Source: Eledone cirrhosa
Lineage: Eukaryota
Assembly: GCA_964016885.1 (NCBI GenBank)
Contig: OZ024742.1
Coordinates: 297,414,001-297,478,000 of the forward strand
DNA length: 64,000 nt
Direction: 5' to 3'
Below the pieces are notes generated by a model, which worked only from the letters and a program-made list of their open reading frames with translations, searched no databases and was not told the DNA's origin. A program made the position numbers and the translations under genes. Of the stretch, positions 34,801 through 46,689 are shown piece by piece. Numbering within the stretch: position 1 is the first letter of the stretch; each line of letters starts with the position of its first letter.

Positions 34801-37800
34801 ACCGCATGGTAAATATCCAAGTTAATACTACATCAGTAAAATTAACAATAATAACGTCATGAAAAAAACTACTAAGAGAAACCCTAGAAAATTTATCGCT
34901 AATACAGCAGGGAAAATTTAACGCTAATACAGCAGGGAACATCATAATATTAACGACAATATGTAGGCTAAAATACCTTCGTAGATTAGATCGATGGCTG
35001 GAATAATTGGAGTCAGCTCTAGTGGTACATTTTAGCAGAGAAGAATGGGAAAGTATCTTATCTCTTCAATATTTTCAGATTGAATGAATTAGGTTAAAGA
35101 CAGGGTAGTAAGCCTTAAAGAAGTGCATAGAGAGGGGGGGGGTAGGAACTGAGGGTCGCATGGTAAATAACTGAGAGAGATACAATAGGATTAGAATACC
35201 GCATGGTAAATATCCAAGTTAATACTACATCAGTAAAATTAACAATAATAACGTCATGAAAAAAACTACTAAGAGAAACCCTAGAAAATTTATCGCTAAT
35301 ACAGCAGGGAAAATTTAACGCTAATACAGCAGGGAACATCATAATATTAACGACAATATGTAGGCTAAAATACCTTCGTAGATTAGATGGATGGCTGGAA
35401 TAATTGGAGTCAGCTCTAGTGGTACATTTTAGCAGAGAAGAATGGGAAAGTATCTTATCTCTTCAATATTTTCAGATTGAATGAATTAGGTTAAAGACAG
35501 GGTAGTAAGCCTTAAAGAAGTGCATAGAGAGAGGGGGGGGGGTAGGAACTGAGGGTCGCATGGTAAATAACTGAGAGAGATACAATAGGATTAGAATACC
35601 GCATGGTAAATATCCAAATTAATACTACATCAGTAAAATTAACAATAATAACGTCATGAAAAAAACTACTAAGAGAAACCCTAGAAAATTTATCGCTAAT
35701 ACAGCAGGGAAAATTTAACGCTAATACAGCAGGGAACATCATAATATTAACGACAATATGTAGGCTAAAATACCTTCGTAGATTAGATGGATGGCTGGAA
35801 TAATTGGAGTCAGCTCTAGTGGTACATTTTAGCAGAGAAGAATGGGAAAGTATCTTATCTCTTCAATATTTTCAGATTGAATGAATTAGGTTAAAGACAG
35901 GGTAGTAAGCCTTAAAGAAGTGCATAGAGAGGGGGGGGGGTAGGAACTGAGGGTCGCATGGTAAATAACTGAGAGAGATACAATAGGATTAGAATACCGC
36001 ATGGTAAATATCCAAGTTAATACTACATCAGTAAAATTAACAATAATAACGTCATGAAAAAAACTACTAAGAGAAACCCTAGAAAATTTATCGCTAATAC
36101 AGCAGGGAAAATTTAACGCTAATACAGCAGGGAACATCATAATATTAACGACGATATGTAGGCTAAAATACCTTCGTAGATTAGATGGATGGCTGGAATA
36201 ATTGGAGTCAGCTCTAGTGGTACATTTTAGCAGAGAAGAATGGGAAAGTATCTTATCTCTTCAATATTTTCAGATTGAATGAATTAGGTTAAAGACAGGG
36301 TAGTAAGCCTTAAAGAAGTGCATAGAGAGGGGGGGGGGTAGGAACTGAGGGTCGCATGGTAAATAACTGAGAGAGATACAATAGGATTAGAATACCGCAT
36401 GGTAAATATCCAAGTTAATACTACATCAGTAAAATTAACAATAATAACGTCATGAAAAAAACTACTAAGAGAAACCCTAGAAAATTTATCGCTAATACAG
36501 CAGGGAAAATTTAACGCTAATACAGCAGGGAACATCATAATATTAACGACAATATGTAGGCTAAAATACCTTCGTAGATTAGATGGATGGCTGGAATAAT
36601 TGGAGTCAGCTCTAGTGGTACATTTTAGCAGAGAATAATGGGAAAGTATCTTATCTCTTCAATATTTTCAGATTGAATGAATTAGGTTAAAGACAGGGTA
36701 GTAAGCCTTAAAGAAGTGCATAGAGAGGGGGGGTAGGAACTGAGGGTCGCATGGTAAATAACTGAGAGAGATACAATAGGATTAGAATACCGCATGGTAA
36801 ATATCCAAGTTAATACTACATCAGTAAAATTAACAATAATAACGTCATGAAAAAAACTACTAAGAGAAACCCTAGAAAATTTATCGCTAATACAGCAGGG
36901 AAAATTTAACGCTAATACAGCAGGGAACATCATAATATTAACGACAATATGTAGGCTAAAATACCTTCGTAGATTAGATCGATGGCTGGAATAATTGGAG
37001 TCAGCTCTAGTGGTACATTTTAGCAGAGAAGAATGGGAAAGTATCTTATCTCTTCAATATTTTCAGATTGAATGAATTAGGTTAAAGACAGGGTAGTAAG
37101 CCTTAAAGAAGTGCATAGAGAGGGGGGGGGTAGGAACTGAGGGTCGCATGGTAAATAACTGAGAGAGATACAATAGGATTAGAATACCGCATGGTAAATA
37201 TCCAAGTTAATACTACATCAGTAAAATTAACAATAATAACGTCATGAAAAAAACTACTAAGAGAAACCCTAGAAAATTTATCGCTAATACAGCAGGGAAA
37301 ATTTAACGCTAATACAGCAGGGAACATCATAATATTAACGACAATATGTAGGCTAAAATACCTTCGTAGATTAGATGGATGGCTGGAATAATTGGAGTCA
37401 GCTCTAGTGGTACATTTTAGCAGAGAAGAATGGGAAAGTATCTTATCTCTTCAATATTTTCAGATTGAATGAATTAGGTTAAAGACAGGGTAGTAAGCCT
37501 TAAAGAAGTGCATAGAGAGAGGGGGGGGGTAGGAACTGAGGGTCGCATGGTAAATAACTGAGAGAGATACAATAGGATTAGAATACCGCATGGTAAATAT
37601 CCAAATTAATACTACATCAGTAAAATTAACAATAATAACGTCATGAAAAAAACTACTAAGAGAAACCCTAGAAAATTTATCGCTAATACAGCAGGGAAAA
37701 TTTAACGCTAATACAGCAGGGAACATCATAATATTAACGACAATATGTAGGCTAAAATACCTTCGTAGATTAGATGGATGGCTGGAATAATTGGAGTCAG

Positions 37801-39524
37801 CTCTAGTGGTACATTTTAGCAGAGAAGAATGGGAAAGTATCTTATCTCTTCAATATTTTCAGATTGAATGAATTAGGTTAAAGACAGGGTAGTAAGCCTT
37901 AAAGAAGTGCATAGAGAGGGGGGGGTAGGAACTGAGGGTCGCATGGTAAATAACTGAGAGAGATACAATAGGATTAGAATACCGCATGGTAAATATCCAA
38001 GTTAATACTACATCAGTAAAATTAACAATAATAACGTCATGAAAAAAACTACTAAGAGAAACCCTAGAAAATTTATCGCTAATACAGCAGGGAAAATTTA
38101 ACGCTAATACAGCAGGGAACATCATAATATTAACGACGATATGTAGGCTAAAATACCTTCGTAGATTAGATGGATGGCTGGAATAATTGGAGTCAGCTCT
38201 AGTGGTACATTTTAGCAGAGAAGAATGGGAAAGTATCTTATCTCTTCAATATTTTCAGATTGAATGAATTAGGTTAAAGACAGGGTAGTAAGCCTTAAAG
38301 AAGTGCATAGAGAGGGGGGGGGGGGGTAGGAACTGAGGGTCGCATGGTAAATAACTGAGAGAGATACAATAGGATTAGAATACCGCATGGTAAATATCCA
38401 AGTTAATACTACATCAGTAAAATTAACAATAATAACGTCATGAAAAAAACTACTAAGAGAAACCCTAGAAAATTTATCGCTAATACAGCAGGGAAAATTT
38501 AACGCTAATACAGCAGGGAACATCATAATATTAACGACAATATGTAGGCTAAAATACCTTCGTAGATTAGATGGATGGCTGGAATAATTGGAGTCAGCTC
38601 TAGTGGTACATTTTAGCAGAGAAGAATGGGAAAGTATCTTATCTCTTCAATATTTTCAGATTGAATGAATTAGGTTAAAGACAGGGTAGTAAGCCTTAAA
38701 GAAGTGCATAGAGAGGGGGGGGTAGGAACTGAGGGTCGCATGGTAAATAACTGAGAGAGATACAATAGGATTAGAATACCGCATGGTAAATATCCAAGTT
38801 AATACTACATCAGTAAAATTAACAATAATAACGTCATGAAAAAAACTACTAAGAGAAACCCTAGAAAATTTATCGCTAATACAGCAGGGAAAATTTAACG
38901 CTAATACAGCAGGGAACATCATAATATTAACGACGATATGTAGGCTAAAATACCTTCGTAGATTAGATGGATGGCTGGAATAATTGGAGTCAGCTCTAGT
39001 GGTACATTTTAGCAGAGAAGAATGGGAAAGTATCTTATCTCTTCAATATTTTCAGATTGAATGAATTAGGTTAAAGACAGGGTAGTAAGCCTTAAAGAAG
39101 TGCATAGAGAGGGGGGGGTAGGAACTGAGGGTCGCATGGTAAATAACTGAGAGAGATACAATAGGATTAGAATACCGCATGGTAAATATCCAAGTTAATA
39201 CTACATCAGTAAAATTAACAATAATAACGTCATGAAAAAAACTACTAAGAGAAACCCTAGAAAATTTATCGCTAATACAGCAGGGAAAATTTAACGCTAA
39301 TACAGCAGGGAACATCATAATATTAACGACAATATGTAGGCTAAAATACCTTCGTAGATTAGATGGATGGCTGGAATAATTGGAGTCAGCTCTAGTGGTA
39401 CATTTTAGCAGAGAAGAATGGGAAAGTATCTTATCTCTTCAATATTTTCAGATTGAATGAATTAGGTTAAAGACAGGGTAGTAAGCCTTAAAGAAGTGCA
39501 TAGAGAGGGGGGTAGGAACTGAGG
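28833..39524. repeat. Tandem array of 27 near-identical 395-401-bp monomers (10.7 kb)
   Basis: 27 repeated MMFPAVL ORF starts from 28991 to 39318. The period varies through a G6-G13 tract. The array starts and ends with GGTAGGAACTGAGG. Internal subrepeats are CGCATGGTAAATA x2 and AAAATTTAWCGCTAATACAGCAGGG x2. Confidence 0.99.
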
Positions 39525-39685
39525 TAATGGTGTTAGCAAATGACAACTTAGAATTTTGGTAATGAAAGGATTAAGTAATCATATTGATGGCCTCCCCACA
39601 GCCCCGGCGGACAGAATGGAGAAGGCGTTTCCCCAGAGGATGGTAAGGGAGATGCGCTGGAAATATCACCCAATGAGAGTTATGC

Positions 39686-39696
39686 TAATCATCATC
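39686..39696. repeat. Right TSD of LINE B (TAATCATCATC)
   Basis: Identical to 25194-25204. Confidence 0.7.
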
Positions 39697-42549
39697 TTTT
39701 TAAGATTACAAAGATACAGTCACTATAAATAAGAAAACTTCACTCTCCAATTATGAATAGCAGACATACAATAATGATATAATTCAGGAAACAGATGAGG
39801 ACATCAATTCATCACCCTGATACAATGAATCCTAACAGACCAAAAAGAATAGGAATGCTTCCTATTGGGATTATTATAATATGTCCTAATGATAAACAAT
39901 GACTGCTCTTTTGTTATAATGTATGATCTTAATCACTAGGTTTTGTTTTTCTCTTAAATTACTAAATATCCAATATTTCTTCTAAGATATCAATTTAAAG
40001 AAGTATCTTAGTATCCAATATTTCTTCTAAAAGTTCTTGATTGTGTCAGAACTGTTGTATTGAACATTTTTTTAATTGTTAATTATGAAATGTAGAATTA
40101 TGTGATATCACGCGAAAACTTTGCATAAGCATAATTGCAACTTAATAAAAAGTGGAAGAAAACAACCTCGTCTGGAAAATAAGAAACTGGAAAATAAGAT
40201 TCTGGTTGGATATTGACTCTCTGGTATTATACAATATAACATTCATAAAAACAACTAAGAAGTAAGACGAAACTTAAGTTGTGATAAGTTGAACCATGAT
40301 TTGTCTGTAGAAATATTTTCCATTGGTTCTTCTAAAACTAACCAAGTGCACACAATAGAAAATATCATTGGACTGCAGTAGAAGGCATGGTATAGTAAAG
40401 TTTTGAAGTTGTATGGAATCAGGTTAATATTTATAAATATACATAGTATGAAAACTATACAAATATGATTACTATGAAAAGTTGTTTATATTTTGCAAAG
40501 AATTTACCAAAGCAATATGAAAAGTAATTTCTATTAGGAATACAATAAAGGAAAATGTTATTCAATATGATTTTCAAATACATAAAATCATATAGTGTGT
40601 GTATACATGTGTGTGTGTGTGTGTGCACAATCTATATATTTTTTATAGCTATCTAAAACTTTCTGTCTGTGGAGAGATGTATAAATCATGTAAATATATG
40701 AATGTAAATAGATTTTCATAAATAGGATATGTATTTCATTTTCTATTTCCATATGTTTGAGTACGTCTACATGTATAATTTCCTTTTATATGTCACTATT
40801 TTGAAAGAGATATACTTATCAATAAATTATGGTGCACATTTTAACATATGTTGAAAGATGGAATAATTTGCTGAGACTAATAATACTGTTATGAATTTGA
40901 GGACTACAAGTAAATATTAATTTTCTTCAGAATTGCAAATAAGCACCAAGAAGTGATAAGATGAAAGTTAACTGATACTGTATATTAAGCTTTGTATTAA
41001 TAAAGGTATCAACTGAACAAACAAAATTAAATGTATCATAAAACCAATGAAACCATGAATTGATATGATATATGAAGAAATTGATGTAGGATGACAAACA
41101 GAGCATAGATTATTTTAGAAAAAGGAAAGGAAAAGAACTAATCATTAAATATGATGAAGGAAACTGTTTTCTTTGTTGATACTATTTGCTAGTCTTAATT
41201 CCTACTAGAACTCAAAATGCACAGAACCAGATCAGATACTGCAAAGAATCAGGTTTGACTCATTTAAACAAGTTCATTAATCCACAACCCCTCAACTTGT
41301 GTTTTATTGCTCCTTAATGGGATTCGAACTTTAAGATCTGAGAGTTAGAATAAAGACTAAGATAATTAATCTGACATTGTAAGAACTCTGCCAATTTGCT
41401 GCCAGATTTTGACTTGTAAATTTAATTATGTAAATCGTTGTGAGAGGGGAAGTAAAAGAGAATATTGTATATTTAAATTTTAATTGGTTTGGTCAAGAGT
41501 GAGAGATTGTGTTCATGACCTTTGTCAGCCATTCGATATGGGTAAGATTGATGTGGTTAATGTCCTACTCAAATAGCTAGAAGATGATGGCTGCAATATG
41601 ATGGAAACATATGTAAGGGATGGAATTCTCGATGGTAGACTTCTAGGGATGAAGGAAAGGACATAATGGCATGAGTCCTTCTGCCCTTTGTTTGACAGGT
41701 TTTTTATGGCTGGATATTTTCCCTATCACCAACCACTTTACAGTGTGTACTGGGTGCATTTCTCATGTAGATCATCAATACTAGAGAGATTGTCATGCCA
41801 TTAACACAACTAAAGAGTTATAACCCTTTTGGTGTGGTTTCGACAGTGGAATGCTCTTCATATTGCCAACCACCTTACATGGTGTATTGGGTACATTTTC
41901 CATAGCACCAGCACTAGATATATATTTTATATTTATTTTGGTAGACTTTTTATGTACTTATTTAAAAATTGGACTAGGTCAACCTTGGTTCTCATTCTTC
42001 TAGGTTCAATAAAATAAAATACAGTCGAGCAGTGTGTCGATAAAAATTGATTATACCTTTCCCCATCATTTGTGGCCTTGTCTGTCTCTATGTTAGATAT
42101 TATTAATTAATTAACTATTTATTACTTATGAAAGATACCCTTTAACAACAAATATTCTGGCATCATAAAATTATTAAGAGCAAAGTCACCAATCCAGTGT
42201 TTGATGTTGTTTAACCACTAATTAGAATTTTTTATTGGTTTGGTCAGAATCTGGAATTTATTGATTAATTATTACGTGATTGTGCGAACATGAAAGTTAT
42301 AAGTTTCCACTGATTTACAAATAGAATACATTACACAAGTATATATTTTTCAATAGATGCTTTATCATTGTTTTCTTTAATTACTTATCAGGTGGCTTCA
42401 TCAGTATAGAGACTAGATAATATTTTTTTTTTTAATTTAAATCGATTGACAAGATCTCAGACCTCATTCACTTACCGAATTGAATGGAGCTCGTAAAATC
42501 AGACAAAGGAAACAATGTTTCCATTTGTTTTTCCATTTACAATTGCTAG

Positions 42550-42660
42550 CAGAAATAAAGTGTCTTGCTGAAGGACATGATGCATCACTTGGTCTGGGAA
42601 TCAAACCCACAACCACAGAATTGTGAATCCAGTTTTCTAACCACTAAGCCACACACCTTC
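42550..42660 (-). mobile_element. CORE-type SINE family 2 head (another at ~56930-57080)
   Basis: Reverse complement gives GTGGCTTAGTGGTTAG...GGTTTGATTCCCAGACC...GTCCTTCAGCAAGACACTTTATTTC, matching 13085-13190. Confidence 0.7.
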
Positions 42661-45600
42661 ATTAACTGTTAAGAGTACAAGAGAAAAATTGAAATTGGTA
42701 GTAATGAGTTTTTACTCACTGATTTTCTTTTCAATACTCCTACCTCTTTTAAACAATTTGTCTCAACTATTAAGAGGAGAAAACGATGCTGCAATCTTAT
42801 CCATATTATCGACCATATTATGACATATTTCTAAAAGTGGATTCTTCATAAAAACTTGTTCAATTTTTGTTCAGGTTGTTATAGCATTACGTTATGGATT
42901 TCTTAGGAAGCACATAAATGCACATGTGATATCCAATTCCTGTGATACTTTATTTTCTTTTAGAAAGTCTCTGGTGACCTTATATCCTTATAAAAACCTT
43001 GTTGTTGAATTTAAATTGGGTGCCAGACAGCATTTTTTAAAATGATATTTTTAATAGGTTCATTGAAAATATAGAGCAGTAACTGTTTAGAAAACACACC
43101 TTTATAATTTTTAAAGAAAGTGATATCAAAATCACATTTAAACTATGTTCAGTTAATTTAATTTTTTTACTTCATATATATCAAATTTTAATCAATTACC
43201 TATTTTTCCTCTTAAATTACTTCCGTAAAAACAATATATAGAAATTAAATTACTCAGTGATGCTAATCACATACAAAAGCAATAATTTGTAGGGTTTAAT
43301 AGAAGAAGAATTGGAGCATTGATGATGACTTTAGCTTGTTCTTCAAGACTGGTGGAGAATGGAACCTCACCACATAAGATACTGCAGCTGGTAGCAGTGT
43401 ATCAGGATATAAGTTATAAAGCCTGATACCTGCTCAAAATGTTTGCAACAAAATAAAATCTGCTAAAGTTGGAAAAATTAGAAAGTTAACTGACTAGTCT
43501 GTAGTGAGGAAAAACAATAGTAATCAATGATGTATGCTTTCTTGATGAAATCAGAATAAGACCAAAACAAATTTAGTTGTCTCACGTTTTTATAGAAAAG
43601 ATTAATATATCAAAATTAGAATTTCATTTTTTGATCTAACATAGCAGATAAATCGAAAAACAATAATATTTGATTCTTTTGTAAACAAACAGTCTCATTA
43701 AGCAATGTTTTTTAGATGATCATCACCATCTTTTCATTCTATCAGTGACAGAGAGAAACAACCGTAATATATTAATCATTGACTATCGTTTTTCCTCCCT
43801 GCCTATATATTTTTAATTGTTGTATATACCCATGTATAAATGGCAACAGCAGATAAATTGCATGTTCAAATTGACACAACGTTTACAGTCTACCACACCT
43901 TCTGTGTGTATCCAATTTAGAATAGGTTCTCTATATCCTTGCAAAAAAAACTAAAACAGTTGGCACCAGCATAAACATCTGGCCATAAAACATTGCCTCC
44001 GAAAGAATCCCATTGTTAGAATGAAGTCTATCATGAGGTCCCTAAGGCTAGTCTTGCTTCAGCAGATAAAATGGCTTGAAAATGATTGTTGTATTTACAG
44101 TGTACCATATACTTTAAATTGAGGTTTTCTAGGTCAAGCAGATGTCATTTGCTGGAATCCACATCATATTTTCATGAATAAAATGTACAATTTATACATG
44201 TGCATAAACAGCAACATATATATATATTTCTATGTGCATATTACTACATCTGTATATCAGTAAATCTTCCTTATTTTATTTTGGAAACGTCTTTCTCAAA
44301 AGATCTGCTGGAAAAATGAGTAAGGACACGTAAGAATATCTATGAATGTTTTAGAATTTAAATTAAATACAATGTCTTGACTATTTCTTGTGGTTACTTG
44401 CATGAATGAGAAATTATTTTAGTAGCATTTAAAATACCTTAAAGGGAAAATTGAAGATTACAGAATGTAACATATTTTCCTGTTAGAAAAGGTGAAATTA
44501 AACCCTGTAGCTACTATTCTAGTTGAGCATGATCACACCTTTACCATTTTACAGGAAATAAATTGGGAAGAGTTTTACCAGGTTTTCCTCATTTATAATA
44601 CTCTCAGTTAGTTTTACATCGTGTTGTTCCCTTATATAGTAATGTATATGCATTGGTATTTAAATGTTCTACTATATCTTATTGAATCATTAAGAACATC
44701 ATCACAACCACCACCATCATTATCATCGTTTTATGTCTATTTCCCATGCTGATATGAGTTAAACAAGTTATCACATTAGAGAACCATGCCATGTTCTTGC
44801 ATTCTATTTTTGGCATCGTTTCTATGGCAAGATATCCTTTCTAACAACCACCCTTTACAGACTGTATTTGCTGCATTTTACTATACCACAAAACTACCAT
44901 TTATAGAGTGTATTGGGTACATTTTATCATGGAACCAGTCCTAACTCATTACAGGGAGTACTGGATGCATTTTATAATGCTTGAGCTAATGTTGGGCCTG
45001 CAGTTAGGAAATACAAACTATAAAAAGGGATTATAGTATGACAGTGGCAAAGTCGTGGAGCAATCTAGTTTGTTAGTGAGTGAGAAAAAGAGCTTTTAAT
45101 ATCATATTGATTATTTTGGAAGGAGGAGCCCTTAATTCATGATGTGGAGTCATAGGAGCACTGTCCTGACAAATGGCATGTCTTGGGCATATTAAACCTG
45201 ACAGAAACCATCCCTCTCCAGGCTTGAACATAGCCAGTTTCTTCAAGAGAGTCCACATTGTAAATGATTTTGGCATTAGAAAGGGTATCCAGTCATAGAA
45301 ACCAAGTCAGAAAGAGTTCTGTATGAAGAAAATGGTCATCTGATCTGACTTGTCTCACAATGGAACAACTCCTCTAACCCATGCTAGAGTGGAAAAATGG
45401 ATGTTAAACGGTGATGATGATTATCATCATCATATGTGTGTGCATATATAAATCTATTGTTTGTGTTTTAACATTTAGCTCTAATTCATTTGTTTGTTTA
45501 TTATTACTGCAACTGATTGATTTCCTTATTGTATTGACTTCTTCATCTGCTACATTAATGTTGTTGTCGATATTGTTGTTAATACCTTCACATCTAATGT

Positions 45601-46689
45601 TTTTATATTCTTTGTAATATCTATTATGATCTGGTGTTATTGAAGTATTTGTCATGAGTTTTATTAATGTTACTAATATTATTAATATTCCAGTTTGTCA
45701 GAGAACTACCATGAATTTCATATATTTTTTATTACATGTTCTTTCTGTTTGAGTAGAAAAATCAATGTATATATTCTATTCCTCACTAATTCATTGTCTT
45801 GGCAAGATAAACTAATTTCTTAGCTTACGTTACATAATTATTATGTAAATATGCTTTGAAAGAAGCCATTTTAAAACATTGCTATAGCAAAGACATATTA
45901 AACATGATATCACTGCAATGGCTGTCAATGAAAGAATAAAGTAGCATTGTTGAGTAATAGTAATACAGTGATTCATTTATAAACCTATAGAAAATAGTCA
46001 TCAATTGAAATACTATAAATAGTATATATGCAGTTATATTAAAGTGGGGGTAACAGTGACTCATTCTTTGTATGAATTTACACCCTTGAATGGTTCTTTT
46101 TAATGAAATGATAAATATCTGAAACGAAATTGAAAGGAACAATATCATAACTTAACGTTTGTTTTCCATGGTAGCATGTACTGGTTGGGTTGTCACAGAG
46201 CAAGTTAGTACTCAATTGGAATTACTGGTCTTGCACTCTGCAGAGTGTATCAGGAATTTTATCCTGCCACCAACGCTAGGAATGTTGTCATGTCTGGCAC
46301 AACTGAAGAGTCCTCTCTACTATTTTTTAGGAAAGTTTTAAATGGCTGCATGCCCTTCCTATCATCAACCAATTTGCATAGAATACTGAATGTTTCATCA
46401 TGGCGCCAGCAGTAGGGAGGTTGGTTCAACTAAAGAGCCAGCTCTACTTCATGTGATGTAAAATGTAGGTAGGGTGTAGGATGAGAGTCAACAGCATAAT
46501 GTTGGTAGGGAATGCTATTAAGTAATATTCATGTGAGTGTGAGAGGTGTGGTGGGTTTCAAGGGGGAGGAGAATGGTGGGAAATGAGAACTACATTAGTT
46601 CTTCCTACCTATTCTATCTATCCCTCCCTATACAATTGTTAGTGTCTCTATGTGCCTCACATTTGATGGTATCAGGGTTCTGTCTTCTT

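Larger units (their letters stand above)
25205..39685 (-). mobile_element. Full-length RTE LINE B, 14.5 kb, with internal 5' tandem array
   Basis: (GAT)n tail and 3'UTR (25205-25499), intact EN-RT ORF, 240-bp proximal leader, 27-unit array, unique 5' segment 39525-39685 and an 11-bp TSD. AT-rich host-like DNA resumes on both sides. Confidence 0.8.

Noticed and set aside
28833-39524. Array as a CRISPR-like or diversity-generating cassette next to an RT
   Set aside because: There are no variable spacers; monomers are essentially identical end to end, and the RT is a eukaryotic APE-type LINE enzyme.
28833-39524. Monomers as retrozyme (hammerhead) units or tandem 5S/tRNA/snRNA genes
   Set aside because: No CTGANGA...GAAA core on either strand (nearest are CTGAGAG, CTGAGGG, CTGATGT), and no A/B boxes or recognisable RNA gene.
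43260-43430. Possible host exon after TTTGTAG (similar candidate at 15640-15920, minus strand)
   Set aside because: Short frames with stops and no recognisable protein similarity.
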